Shown here: positions 40,784 through 50,443 of the stretch, piece by piece
Position numbering within the stretch: the stretch's first letter is position 1
Layout: every line of letters begins with the position of its first letter
Source of the DNA: Candidatus Ozemobacteraceae bacterium
GTDB taxonomy: Bacteria; Muiribacteriota; Ozemobacteria; Ozemobacterales; Ozemobacteraceae
Length of the DNA stretch: 64,000 bases
Reading direction: 5' to 3'
Assembly: GCA_965140445.1 (NCBI GenBank)
Contig: OZ223236.1
Coordinates: 1,984,001 to 2,048,000 of the forward strand
The notes under the pieces: model-generated
What the model saw: only the letters and a program-made list of their open reading frames with translations
The model's database searches: none
What the model was told of the DNA's origin: nothing
Position numbers and translations under genes: made by a program

Positions 40784-41590
40784 CTATTTTGAAACTTTTC
40801 TGGCAACTTCAAGATCAAGCTCAGCGCGATAAAGCATTGCTTTCATTTGCGGATTGCTTACTCTGGCAGACATTAATTTAATTTTTAACAATCTTTTTGA
40901 TGCTTCCTGAGTTGTGCTCCAACCGAATTTTCCAAAGCTATCTTTTTTGTCGGGAAAAACAGATTGCAGAAGTGTTTTAAGCTTTCTTTCCATTCTGATT
41001 TGTTTAACCTTGTATTGAACGTAGCCGTCAGAATTTTCCATACGCAAATAACATTCAGAAATCATAGAAAAGATATCAATTCTATGTTTGATATCCATTT
41101 GATCCAGAGTATCTAAAGCCTTGCTGAATTTCTCCAGAGCCTTTTCCATTTTTCCTGATGTAAAAAGACTTAGTCCAGATTGATAGGCTGGAACAGGCTG
41201 GTTAGCCAGAGTTAAGACTTTTTCATATTGAGTATTGCTTTGAGGTTTTGGAAACTGCTTGAGTGGAGATGGAACATTTTTCAATGCCTTGCTCATGTAA
41301 CCGTTGTAAGAGCTTATTGTGGCAGTCATTACGTTTCCAAACATCGTTCTTTTTATTTTACGTGCTTCTCTGGCAGCTTTATAAGAATTGGGATTCCTTC
41401 TTGCGCTGCTGGAAAATGAACTTTTGGAAGATTTTCTATTTTTTGCAGAATGACGGAAGTCAGAGTAGTCTACATATATACGATCATGAGAAAACCTTTT
41501 TTGATCCGACTTGAATATGGTAGTTATGAAATTGTAAATCAAAAATATCATAAGGATTGTCAATCCTATGATTGGCCATTTACGATCCAT
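40784..41590 (-). CDS. Membrane-anchored TPR-like hypothetical protein
   Basis: N-terminal TM; YQSGLSLFTSGKMEKALEKFSKAL TPR-like helix pair. Confidence 0.65.
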   Translation of the reverse strand: MDRKWPIIGLTILMIFLIYNFITTIFKSDQKRFSHDRIYVDYSDFRHSAKNRKSSKSSFSSSARRNPNSYKAAREARKIKRTMFGNVMTATISSYNGYMSKALKNVPSPLKQFPKPQSNTQYEKVLTLANQPVPAYQSGLSLFTSGKMEKALEKFSKALDTLDQMDIKHRIDIFSMISECYLRMENSDGYVQYKVKQIRMERKLKTLLQSVFPDKKDSFGKFGWSTTQEASKRLLKIKLMSARVSNPQMKAMLYRAELDLEVARKVSK

Positions 41591-41592
41591 AA

Positions 41593-42363
41593 CTAATATT
41601 TCCCATCACTGTCGGTTGAACAGAAATAGCCAGGATTAGCTGTTTCTGCAAGCTTTGTTTTACAGTAAAATTTTGTGACGATATCCAATTCTTCATCTCG
41701 TCTGTTTTGAACTTCATCTTTTTGAGTGTGAAGTCTTAATGTTATAAAAGAAGTATCGGCAGCTTTATCGTCCGAATCAACGAATTCATACTTAAAACCG
41801 GAAGTTTGCGTTTTATCAGGCTTCTGTATATATCCTCGAATTTCAAAATCAACTATATTTTTGAGAATCTTCTTTTCCATGCTTTTGTAAGCTGCTATAT
41901 AAGCTGAATCATTACCTTTTTCAAACTTCATTGGCTTTTGCAGGAAATACAGCCAGCCAGGTTCCCGAACTTTTGTAACGGTTCCGTCTTCATTCCAGGT
42001 ATATTCATATCGGACCGTTTTAATTTTTTGAGGGCTATCGGATCCTGTCTTTTGAGGTCTTCCGGAAGCATCATAAAGTATGTCGTCCAGGGTTGTTCTG
42101 GCAAAGACAAAACTATAAAAACCAAATGATTTTTTCTCGGAATCTACTTTATAAAAACTGTAAGCGGAGGCCATTTCAGTCTCTAAATGGTCTAGAAAAA
42201 TTCTAGTCTCTGCTTGAACCTGACTTTGACTAACAGTATGACGCATTGTTTCTCGTCCGCTGAAATAAAACTTCCATGCGAATCCCATTAAAAGAGCGAG
42301 AATTAATACGGTAATAATCATCTCAACCAGGCTTAGCCCGGATCTTTTAGTTACCAGAGCCAT
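41593..42363 (-). CDS. Prepilin-type N-terminal cleavage/methylation protein (PilW/GspJ-like)
   Basis: RSG|LSLVEMIITVLILALL. Confidence 0.85.
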   Translation of the reverse strand: MALVTKRSGLSLVEMIITVLILALLMGFAWKFYFSGRETMRHTVSQSQVQAETRIFLDHLETEMASAYSFYKVDSEKKSFGFYSFVFARTTLDDILYDASGRPQKTGSDSPQKIKTVRYEYTWNEDGTVTKVREPGWLYFLQKPMKFEKGNDSAYIAAYKSMEKKILKNIVDFEIRGYIQKPDKTQTSGFKYEFVDSDDKAADTSFITLRLHTQKDEVQNRRDEELDIVTKFYCKTKLAETANPGYFCSTDSDGKY

Positions 42364-42802
42364 ATTTTACCACTACTGTGCCAAACCCAAGATTGTAGTC
42401 ACGATTTGGTTCCTTCCATTTAATATCCAGTTCCACTCGAATTTTTTTATTATTTTCTGTTGTTGCTTCTTCCAGGTTTAGGCTGGTTTTGAAGCGTTTA
42501 TAGTATTCAGGGTAAACTAACGAATTTTCATCATCTGGAACAAGTGGTCCCTCTACAGCTCTGTCAGTATGTTCTAAACCAAGTTTCGATGCTTTAATTT
42601 CACTTGCAAGCGTCTCAAAACCAAGAGATTTAATTTCAGCAATGATTGTGCGGCCAAGGCTGTGAGCAATCATAAGGTTCTTGGCCTGGGCTGTTTGTTT
42701 GTGACTGCTCTGGAAAAGCATAATTAAAGGCAGAATTCCAAACGAAAATACTACAATTGTCATTAAAAGTTCTGGAGTGGTAAAAGCGCTGCGATTTTTC
42801 AT
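42347..42802 (-). CDS. Minor pilin-like protein (PilV/GspI-like)
   Basis: RSA|FTTPELLMTIVVFSFGILP, Glu at +5. Confidence 0.75.
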   Translation of the reverse strand: MKNRSAFTTPELLMTIVVFSFGILPLIMLFQSSHKQTAQAKNLMIAHSLGRTIIAEIKSLGFETLASEIKASKLGLEHTDRAVEGPLVPDDENSLVYPEYYKRFKTSLNLEEATTENNKKIRVELDIKWKEPNRDYNLGFGTVVVKYGSGN

Positions 42803-42803
42803 G

Positions 42804-45203
42804 TTATTCAGAACTCCCAATGATTGCAGAATGTTGAATTTTGGGGCTAAGGTAGAATTCGTGAGTCATCAGCGCATAGGCCTTTTTACCATTATCATCT
42901 GCATCAATTCGTTTTTGCACTATTTGCCAGTTACTATCAGCTACTCTATCAAAGTATAGTGGATTATTTACATTATGAAGCACCCAAAGATCGCCCCTCT
43001 GATACTGCTTATTCATGAAATAATTTACATAGTTTCCCAGAATTATATTGGTTTTACTGGTTAAGGAAGGGAAGAAATTTCCCCATTTATCCATAGGAAC
43101 ACTGGCATCCATGCCAAGAGCTGCAAAATCAGGAATATTACCAGAATCAGTTTTTATACCATAAAAAGAGAATACGCTAGCCTCAATCGTATTGCCCGAT
43201 CCCTCAATGGATAGCATCCGTTGACTTGGATCTGTGGCAGCAGAGCTTACCGGCATTATCATGAGGTTCAAATGGCCGAGAGGAGTAATGCCATCAGCTG
43301 CTTTTTTACATACAATGCTGCCTCTGATTTTTATTGGTTTGTCAGGATTAAATTTGGAAACAATGATTGTTCCTGTGCCTATGTAAACGATAGGGGAATC
43401 TGTTTGAAAGGTGTCAAGCCAATAGACTCCATCTAGTAACCATCTTCCTCCCTCATCGGTTGGAATGTCTTCAACGCCAGAGAACCTTCTTGTTACAAAG
43501 GCACTGTAATTCATTTTAAAATTGGTTGGAAAAAGATTCTTTGTTTCACTTTCAATTGAAGTCGATAGGGCGCTATCTTCTCCTTCACCGAAAATTTTTC
43601 CCCACACTGGAGATACAAGAACGCCAACAGCTTCAAAAGGCATGGTTAGATTTTTCCAGAACGATTCGCCCCATGCCGATACTGTATACCCGATTTTTCC
43701 AAATATGGTTTCTGGGTCGGGGTCATTATAATAACTGAGAGCAAACTCAATCAATCTTTCATCCGGCGGATCTTTAATATTGTTGGTGACATTGTTATAT
43801 TTAATTTCATATGTTCGGGCATAAATACGATTTTGTTCATCAACTTTAGGATCATCTTTATCCCAGTGATGTTCAATTCGAATGGAAGGATCATCTTTCG
43901 GGAAATTAGTGCTTACGCCTTCACCTTTGTAGTCATCAACGTTGTTTGGATTATAAACGTCTTCACTTTTTTGTCCAGGTGAAACATATTTCCATGGGGT
44001 TCTGCAGAATGGCCCAGCAGGAAGAAACTTCTGGTGAATGTTTGTTCCGCGAAGATATTTATCCTGAATTCCATTTGATGAAATGTCACCTATTACTTCA
44101 CCAAAACTGCGGTCCCTGTGAGGTAACAGTCCACCATAAACCGTTGCGTGCTCAATAACTCCTGGATAATATGACTGGTTTGCTGACATGTCATCTTTTG
44201 ATTCTTTGCCACCTCTCCACCAAACAGAAATCGAGTCCCACATGGATTTCGGAGGGAAGATCGCTCGGCTTGCTGTCGTAAAATAGGAAAAACCAAAGAA
44301 AGTATCTGAGTATTGGAAGGCCTGATTTTGATTTGGTTGGGGAGTCTTTGGATCTCCAATGTTATATGCTCCATATCCAGGTCTGTCAGTCGCCAATTCT
44401 GGATTCTCAAGAGCAATAATTGAAGGTCCATGAAGATAGACCCTTGATTGGAAAGGCTGGTTCCACAAAAATAACCTGCCACCTGGAACGTCAGGACTGT
44501 TCATTTCATTTCTAATGGCCGCCTGGAAAGCTGTAGGGTTGGAAGAAGGGTAGTGGGTAAGAATGCTGAAAAGTGTATAATTCCTTCCAATTGGGCCAAG
44601 GTTTAAAAGTTTTACATCTCTTGAAAGGGTGTAATCAAGTGACATTTTTCTTCTTTTTTGCAGAGTAACTCGGATATCAATTTTTAATGTCAGATAAAAA
44701 TCTCTTGAATAAGGATTGTCAAAAGGAGTTATTCTGTCTCGTGGCTGATAGTAGCAAGTTGGGTTGTCCAAAGCTTTATTAGGAATGGGTCTTAAATCTT
44801 TAATGCTCGGAATTACTTTTTCAATAACAAAGCCAGCCCTGGTCATGAAATGATCTTTGATTATATTGGTTTGAGAAACTTTATCTTTTAAATCAGAAAA
44901 GTCATGTAATAGAGTTGGATTTAAGCCTGTTGAGCCACCATTAACTGGAATATTTGAGGTTGAAGCCTGCCAAAGCAACTGTTGTAGAAAACCAGTGTCT
45001 GTCTTGTCCTTAAACCTTTCTTCAAGCATTACATAGGCTTCTTCACCAGCTGCTTCTGCAAGTTGATGAGCCATGGTTCTATAAACTGAAATAGCAGTTT
45101 GAGAGTATTCAGCTGAACTACTCTGAATAAGGAAAAGTCCCATAAAGGCGAGCAGCCCCAGTATCAGGACAGCCACAATATAGGCAAAACCTTTTCTATT
45201 CAT
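42804..45203 (-). CDS. Large PilX/GspK-like minor pilin
   Basis: RKG|FAYIVAVLILGLLAF without Glu+5; AHQLAEAAGEEA motif. Confidence 0.7.
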   Translation of the reverse strand: MNRKGFAYIVAVLILGLLAFMGLFLIQSSSAEYSQTAISVYRTMAHQLAEAAGEEAYVMLEERFKDKTDTGFLQQLLWQASTSNIPVNGGSTGLNPTLLHDFSDLKDKVSQTNIIKDHFMTRAGFVIEKVIPSIKDLRPIPNKALDNPTCYYQPRDRITPFDNPYSRDFYLTLKIDIRVTLQKRRKMSLDYTLSRDVKLLNLGPIGRNYTLFSILTHYPSSNPTAFQAAIRNEMNSPDVPGGRLFLWNQPFQSRVYLHGPSIIALENPELATDRPGYGAYNIGDPKTPQPNQNQAFQYSDTFFGFSYFTTASRAIFPPKSMWDSISVWWRGGKESKDDMSANQSYYPGVIEHATVYGGLLPHRDRSFGEVIGDISSNGIQDKYLRGTNIHQKFLPAGPFCRTPWKYVSPGQKSEDVYNPNNVDDYKGEGVSTNFPKDDPSIRIEHHWDKDDPKVDEQNRIYARTYEIKYNNVTNNIKDPPDERLIEFALSYYNDPDPETIFGKIGYTVSAWGESFWKNLTMPFEAVGVLVSPVWGKIFGEGEDSALSTSIESETKNLFPTNFKMNYSAFVTRRFSGVEDIPTDEGGRWLLDGVYWLDTFQTDSPIVYIGTGTIIVSKFNPDKPIKIRGSIVCKKAADGITPLGHLNLMIMPVSSAATDPSQRMLSIEGSGNTIEASVFSFYGIKTDSGNIPDFAALGMDASVPMDKWGNFFPSLTSKTNIILGNYVNYFMNKQYQRGDLWVLHNVNNPLYFDRVADSNWQIVQKRIDADDNGKKAYALMTHEFYLSPKIQHSAIIGSSE

Positions 45204-45255
45204 TTCCAGCTCCAGTCCTCATTAAAATTCTGTTGGAAGTCCAAGATTTCTTTTA

Positions 45256-45284
45256 ATTCTAACACTCTTAGTAAGATGCGTCAA
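45256..45284 (-). promoter_or_regulatory. sigma70 promoter of pilin cluster 2
   Basis: TTGACG-17-TAGAAT with TG extension. Confidence 0.7.
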
Positions 45285-45305
45285 ACGAAGAACTTGTATT
45301 AGAGC

Positions 45306-45839
45306 TTAATCTTCGCTGAATATTTCAGCGGAAAAGCGAAAAATCTTTGCTGAAGGGTCCAGATAAGAATTCTGTGGTAGACCAGCTTTGTGGCAAAGAT
45401 TTATAAGAAATTCTTCCTTGTCCCAATTCCATTCTGTTGCAACCTGTGGGAGAAGTAGTCCTGAATGACCCCCGAGTTGAAGTAAAAGTCCATCTCGTCC
45501 AACTTCAATTTCTTCCAGACTTTTTATTTCCACCAGTGGCGATAAAACAGAAATTTCAATGGATAATTCTTTAAGTTCCTCGCTTGTTACAGGCGGAAAC
45601 CTGGGATCTTGAGTTGCTGCAGAAATAGCCATTTCCTGAATTGCTTTGCCAAGCGGTTCAAATCCCCTTATAAAACCAATGCATCCCCGTAAATTCCCTT
45701 GTTTTTTCAGGGTTACAAAAACCCCGCGTTTTTCATTAAATTTAGGATCTTTAAATTGAATTACTCTTTTCGGTCGATTATTTAATTTATCTTCCAGAGT
45801 TTGCCTGACAGCATTTATAGATTCTTGTTGGAAATTCAT
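45306..45839 (-). CDS. AMMECR1-domain protein (AmmeMemoRadiSam protein A)
   Basis: GVFVTL, LRGCIG, DPRFPP, EISVLSP, GLLLPQVA, LCHKAGL. Confidence 0.93.
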   Translation of the reverse strand: MNFQQESINAVRQTLEDKLNNRPKRVIQFKDPKFNEKRGVFVTLKKQGNLRGCIGFIRGFEPLGKAIQEMAISAATQDPRFPPVTSEELKELSIEISVLSPLVEIKSLEEIEVGRDGLLLQLGGHSGLLLPQVATEWNWDKEEFLINLCHKAGLPQNSYLDPSAKIFRFSAEIFSED

Positions 45840-45865
45840 AGCTTCCCCTTCATTCAATAAATTAT

Positions 45866-45896
45866 AAAAACAGCCGCAGTAATTTAACTGCGGCTG
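45866..45896 (-). terminator. Intrinsic terminator after dapF
   Basis: CAGCCGCAGT/ACTGCGGCTG stem plus U-tract on the minus strand. Confidence 0.8.
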
Positions 45897-45953
45897 CCTG
45901 TTTATGTTGTTACTATTGCCTTATTACCAAAAGGTAATTGATTTTTTATCGTT

Positions 45954-46820
45954 TTACATGCTTCCAAATTGCATTACCAGGCTAGGAGAAAGCTGACCAG
46001 TGGCTACTTCTTGTACTGGACCTGTCATAGATAGAACTTGATTTTCGTTTTGTTCTATAACTAGATTTCCCCCCGGCATTTGAATAGTAACTTTACTATC
46101 AAATAATCCTTCTCTTATTCCAGCTGCCGCTACAGCAGTTGCGCCAGTACCACAGGCTTGAGTCATTCCGCAGCCCCGTTCCCATACGAATACTTTCGCT
46201 TCGTTTCTAGAAATTACTTCTACAAATTCAATGTTAATTCTTCTGGGGTGGTTTGCATGTGTTTCCAGCCATGCGCCGGCAGATTTCATCTCATCAAGCT
46301 TTAATGGGCTTTTAAGAAAGATAACTGCATGAGGGTTGCCAACATTTACATAAATTGGAGAAAAATTTCGCTCTTTCCAATCTAAAGTTTTTCGCTTCTC
46401 TTCGGGAACTAATTCGCCGGTTGGAACCAGATCGAATAATGCTTTTCCCATTTGGGCTTTGTAAAATGAAGCGCCTTTTTCAACTCCCACATAGCTGACT
46501 TCTTTCACTCCAACAGCGGTTTCAACAAGAATGGGATTTATGCCACGATGGAGATCGTCAAATAAATGACCAACGCCGCGAATCGCATTCCCACACATTT
46601 CAGCTTCAGTTCCGTCTGAATTGAACATTTGCATTCTGCAATGATGCTTGGGGTCGCGTGGTAGGGAAAGAAATATCGCACCATCAGAGCCAATACCCTG
46701 TTCTGTGCTGCATAGAAGCTTTATAACTTCTTTTTTCTTGAGAAGAGAGAGGTCCTGGTTGATTTCGTTGAAAAAGATAAAGTTGTTTCCAAGACCATGT
46801 AATTTATGAAAACCTATCAT
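45954..46820 (-). CDS. dapF: Diaminopimelate epimerase
   Basis: KLHGLGNNF, NSDGTEAEMCGNA, GNPHAV, WERGCGMTQACGTGA. Confidence 0.95.
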   Translation of the reverse strand: MIGFHKLHGLGNNFIFFNEINQDLSLLKKKEVIKLLCSTEQGIGSDGAIFLSLPRDPKHHCRMQMFNSDGTEAEMCGNAIRGVGHLFDDLHRGINPILVETAVGVKEVSYVGVEKGASFYKAQMGKALFDLVPTGELVPEEKRKTLDWKERNFSPIYVNVGNPHAVIFLKSPLKLDEMKSAGAWLETHANHPRRINIEFVEVISRNEAKVFVWERGCGMTQACGTGATAVAAAGIREGLFDSKVTIQMPGGNLVIEQNENQVLSMTGPVQEVATGQLSPSLVMQFGSM

Positions 46821-46843
46821 ATAAGTCCTCCTGGTTAGCTAAC

Positions 46844-47812
46844 CTATTTGGCTATGAAATTTGTGAATAATCCAAACGCTATTAACATTCCGAAAATAAA
46901 TAGCGCAATCAGCTTTATATCTTTTCTATTTACATCAAGTTGACGAAAATTGCCAACTACAAAAAAAGCAGCCATAAATGGTAATACTGGTAAACCTGTT
47001 TGAGAGAAAATTGCGCTTGCTACGGCTATTAAAAATGAGGCTACCAGAAGGCATATATTTTTTTTCAAGCCAAGGTTGAATCTAACTGCAGCTTGAAAGA
47101 ATATCGCAAAAAACAGAAAATCAGTAAGTCCAATTAGGAAAGGGGTTCGGGCCCCACCAATAAGTGGGAAACGAAGCAGAAAGAAATGTATGTTTGAAGA
47201 AACGATAATCATTGAAGTCGCGCCAGCCGAAACGCTCCATATATCGGAAAGAGTAGCGACAATTGCAATTGGTATAAGATGCGAGGCTTCGTCGATACCT
47301 TCTCCAATCCATAGACCAACCCCCGAAGCAAGAGTTAATTGAGCTAGACCCAGAAGCAAAATCAGCCATTGCGGTTCCGGGATTTCAGTTTTGTAATTCT
47401 GGATTAAGTTTAGGTATGCTTCGTTTCGGAAAGCCGGCAAGACCTTGTTCACCGGTATTGCAGGAAGGTGTGTCTGGGCGGTTACAAGAAAGCTTTCGCA
47501 AATCGCATCAGAGGATTGTGATACGTAGTCTGTTCTTTTAACCAATGGTTTGGCCAAAAGGAAAACAGCTATTAAACCCAAGGCACCTATGGCTAGAAAA
47601 TGAGTTCTAAATAGTTTTAACTTTGAAAATCCAGAAACAATAGAAATCGCCAGAGAAATGAGTATAACTGCTGAGATAAACATTCCTGCAGATGTTGGAA
47701 TACTTGTCCAATTCTGGGTAAACTTCAATGCTAAAGCAAAAACCACTGCCCACAGGGCAGTAGCTGCTATTAAATGCTTAATTCTGTTAAAAAGATTTTG
47801 TTCGGCGGTCAC
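46844..47812 (-). CDS. Polytopic membrane protein, candidate presenilin/SPP-like (A22) aspartyl protease
   Basis: About 9 TM segments; SDIWSV, IGLTDF and LPVLPF in the order of YD, GxGD and PAL. Confidence 0.5.
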   Translation of the reverse strand: MTAEQNLFNRIKHLIAATALWAVVFALALKFTQNWTSIPTSAGMFISAVILISLAISIVSGFSKLKLFRTHFLAIGALGLIAVFLLAKPLVKRTDYVSQSSDAICESFLVTAQTHLPAIPVNKVLPAFRNEAYLNLIQNYKTEIPEPQWLILLLGLAQLTLASGVGLWIGEGIDEASHLIPIAIVATLSDIWSVSAGATSMIIVSSNIHFFLLRFPLIGGARTPFLIGLTDFLFFAIFFQAAVRFNLGLKKNICLLVASFLIAVASAIFSQTGLPVLPFMAAFFVVGNFRQLDVNRKDIKLIALFIFGMLIAFGLFTNFIAK

Positions 47813-49236
47813 TTTCTTTCCTTTATTAAGCTGAGGCTTTCTGAAGCCAACTGGACTATTTCTTTGTCTGTATTGCTTTTTATAGCTTGTTTAAATGCTT
47901 CAGCAGCAAGGTCGTGTTTGTTCAATTTTTCATAAATTTTTCCCATGTGAAGGTGAACTTCACTGGAAATAGGGTCATGAGCCAGCTTGAATAACTTCAG
48001 GGCTTTTTCTTGAAATTTTCTGGCTTTTTTCATGTCACCTTTTCGAAAATGAACCCAGGCTAAGGAATCAAAGTAAGTCGCTCTATTTGCTTTGTCAAAT
48101 TCCAGAGCTTTTTCAATAAGCTCCTGAGCATAGTTTAAATCTTTATTTTGCTCCGCCAGAAGATAACCGAGCGTATTGGAAATGCTTCCGTTTTCAGGCA
48201 TAAGGTTTACCATTTTTCTGAAAACTGAAATTGCATCATCAAACTCCCTTTTTTCAAGGAATGCAGAACCCATAACTGATAAAACTCTTATATTGTCTGG
48301 ATGCTCTGCAAGCAATTTTTCCCATTCTTCTTTGGCTTTCTGGAAGTCGCCTTTTTCATAATAAACCACCCCAAGATTCAATCTCGGGCTAATATCGGTC
48401 TTATCAAGGGAAATGGCGCTTCTATAAATGTTTTCTGCTTCAACAAGATCTTTTGTTCCAAGAAAAACATTGCCAAGATTTATTCGAGCCTTAACATTTT
48501 TGTCATCAATAGCCAGAACTCGATTAAATAATGATATAGCCCGATCTTTTTCGCCTAGAATAGAGTAAACAAGACCAAGGTTGTTTAAGGCATTTAAATG
48601 TTCTGGCTCGTTTTTAAGAACCTCTTCGTATTCTCTAACCGCATCCAGATACCTGGAGGTTTCGTGGTAGGCTACACCCAGATTGTAGTGAGCTTCCATG
48701 GGAAGATTTGGTTCCATGGAAAAGGCTTTCTCGTAAGAGATTATAGCCCCGGAAACATCACCACTGAAATACTGAGACATCCCAAGAAGATACCAGGTAT
48801 ATGGTTGATTCTTATCTATCGAAATTGTTTTTTTCAGGTAAGTTGCAGATTCTTCAAATCTATCAAGCCTTAGATACAATTTGCCCAGATTTCTAAGGGC
48901 CTCTGGATACATCGGCTCAATTGCAATTGCCTTTTTAAGCATGTCCTCAGCTTTGTCCGAGAGATTGTCCTGTAAATAAAGTAAACCAAGGAAGTTGTAG
49001 GCTTGTTCGGAATAGGGGTCTATAGATTTGGCCTGAAGAAACAATTCTTCGGCTTTTTTGAATTTTTCAAGAATCAGATAATTCAAGCCCTCGTGAATCA
49101 GCGATGCAGCTCTTTCTTTTGAGGTAAGAAGTTTCGCATCTGGGGTGGCCAATAATTTTATCGGGAAGGCCGTAGAAAACATTGTTCCTGCTGAAAAAAG
49201 CATTAGAAACGATGTTTTTTTAAAAAAAGAATTCAT
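47809..49236 (-). CDS. Exported tetratricopeptide repeat protein
   Basis: Signal peptide plus many TPRs (AYNFLG, AHYNLG, ALNNLG, ARINLG; DSLAWVHFRKG). Confidence 0.92.
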   Translation of the reverse strand: MNSFFKKTSFLMLFSAGTMFSTAFPIKLLATPDAKLLTSKERAASLIHEGLNYLILEKFKKAEELFLQAKSIDPYSEQAYNFLGLLYLQDNLSDKAEDMLKKAIAIEPMYPEALRNLGKLYLRLDRFEESATYLKKTISIDKNQPYTWYLLGMSQYFSGDVSGAIISYEKAFSMEPNLPMEAHYNLGVAYHETSRYLDAVREYEEVLKNEPEHLNALNNLGLVYSILGEKDRAISLFNRVLAIDDKNVKARINLGNVFLGTKDLVEAENIYRSAISLDKTDISPRLNLGVVYYEKGDFQKAKEEWEKLLAEHPDNIRVLSVMGSAFLEKREFDDAISVFRKMVNLMPENGSISNTLGYLLAEQNKDLNYAQELIEKALEFDKANRATYFDSLAWVHFRKGDMKKARKFQEKALKLFKLAHDPISSEVHLHMGKIYEKLNKHDLAAEAFKQAIKSNTDKEIVQLASESLSLIKERK

Positions 49237-49263
49237 GTGTAACCTCGATTTTCAGGAGACTCC

Positions 49264-49809
49264 TTATAGGGCTTCCTTCGCAGCGTCAGATTCAACAATT
49301 ACGTCATTTACAGCAATTTCTAGACTATTCATTAGTTCATTTAAGTGAAAAACTTCTTTTTCCACTCCACGGGCAGATGCCAGGTAAAGAGCATAATTGT
49401 TATCATTAATTGCCCTGATAGCGCGTTTTCCATAAGTGCTCAAACTTTCTGTTGATTCATAAATCTGTTTGAACAACAATTCTCTGTTTGGAAGTTCTGA
49501 GTGATACAGAAGACCATTAACCATCTTAAATCTTGAAACCATTTTTCTGGCAACAATCATAACTTTTCTAGCATATTTTGTATTTGGAGCAAATCTATAT
49601 CTTTCTCTATGTCTTTGTTTTAAAAAGGGTTCTGCTTCATATTGCATTTCATGAGCGACTCTGATCAGTCCTTTATTCATTTCATAGTTTTCCCCTATGA
49701 ATTTGTGAAGCATGATTGATTCTTTAATATCCTGAACTGCAAATGCAGAAGAGAAAGAAAGAAAAGTTAAAGCTACAGTTATCAGTAGCAACTTAGTTGA
49801 TAGCCTCAT
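49264..49809 (-). CDS. Exported alpha-helical hypothetical protein
   Basis: AAGGAG SD; signal peptide ending AFA. Confidence 0.75.
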   Translation of the reverse strand: MRLSTKLLLITVALTFLSFSSAFAVQDIKESIMLHKFIGENYEMNKGLIRVAHEMQYEAEPFLKQRHRERYRFAPNTKYARKVMIVARKMVSRFKMVNGLLYHSELPNRELLFKQIYESTESLSTYGKRAIRAINDNNYALYLASARGVEKEVFHLNELMNSLEIAVNDVIVESDAAKEAL

Positions 49810-49943
49810 GGAAATCTCCTTAATACTCAATTTAAGTTTACAGGCTTTGAGGACTAAATTTCAATTCGAAATCCTGAAAACCGTTACATGAATCAAAGTC
49901 TGATATCGTCAGTCTTTGATGTTTTCATTAGGAAAATTAGGAA

Positions 49944-49972
49944 TTGACTCAACTATGGGGATGTTCGATAAT
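49944..49972 (+). promoter_or_regulatory. sigma70 promoter of ridA
   Basis: TTGACT-17-GATAAT. Confidence 0.6.
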
Positions 49973-50009
49973 CAGAAAGACATTTAAATTTGAAGGAAAA
50001 GGAGAAATT

Positions 50010-50390
50010 ATGAAACAGATTATATCCACAGATCAAGCTCCAGCCGCCATAGGCCCGTATTCTCAGGCTGTAAAAGCAAACGGTTTTGTGTTTACTTCAG
50101 GACAGGTTCCAATAGTTCCCTCTACAGGTAAAATTGAAGCAACAGATATCGAAGGCCAGGCCAAACAGGTTATGGCAAATCTGGATGCCGTATTAAAAGC
50201 CGCTGGAAGTGATTTTTCCAAGGTTGTTAAGGCTACTATTTATTTAAAAGATCTTGAGCATTTTGGAAAAGTAAACGAGATATATGGTGCTTGTTTTACT
50301 TCTGAGCCACCAGCAAGAGCTTGCTTTCAAGTTGCAAGATTGCCTCTTGACTGCCTTGTAGAAATTGAAATGGTTGCTTTGACTGATTAA
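50010..50390 (+). CDS. ridA: RidA family reactive-intermediate deaminase
   Basis: APAAIGPYSQAV, SGQVP, PPARAC, VEIE; AAGGAG SD. Confidence 0.93.
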   Translation: MKQIISTDQAPAAIGPYSQAVKANGFVFTSGQVPIVPSTGKIEATDIEGQAKQVMANLDAVLKAAGSDFSKVVKATIYLKDLEHFGKVNEIYGACFTSEPPARACFQVARLPLDCLVEIEMVALTD

Positions 50391-50397
50391 TTAAAGC

Positions 50398-50437
50398 AAA
50401 AAAAAAGCAGGCTGCAAAAATGCAGCCTGCTTTTTTT
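50398..50437. terminator. Bidirectional intrinsic terminator
   Basis: A9-GCAGGCTGCA/TGCAGCCTGC-T7. Confidence 0.9.
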
Positions 50438-50443
50438 ATTACT

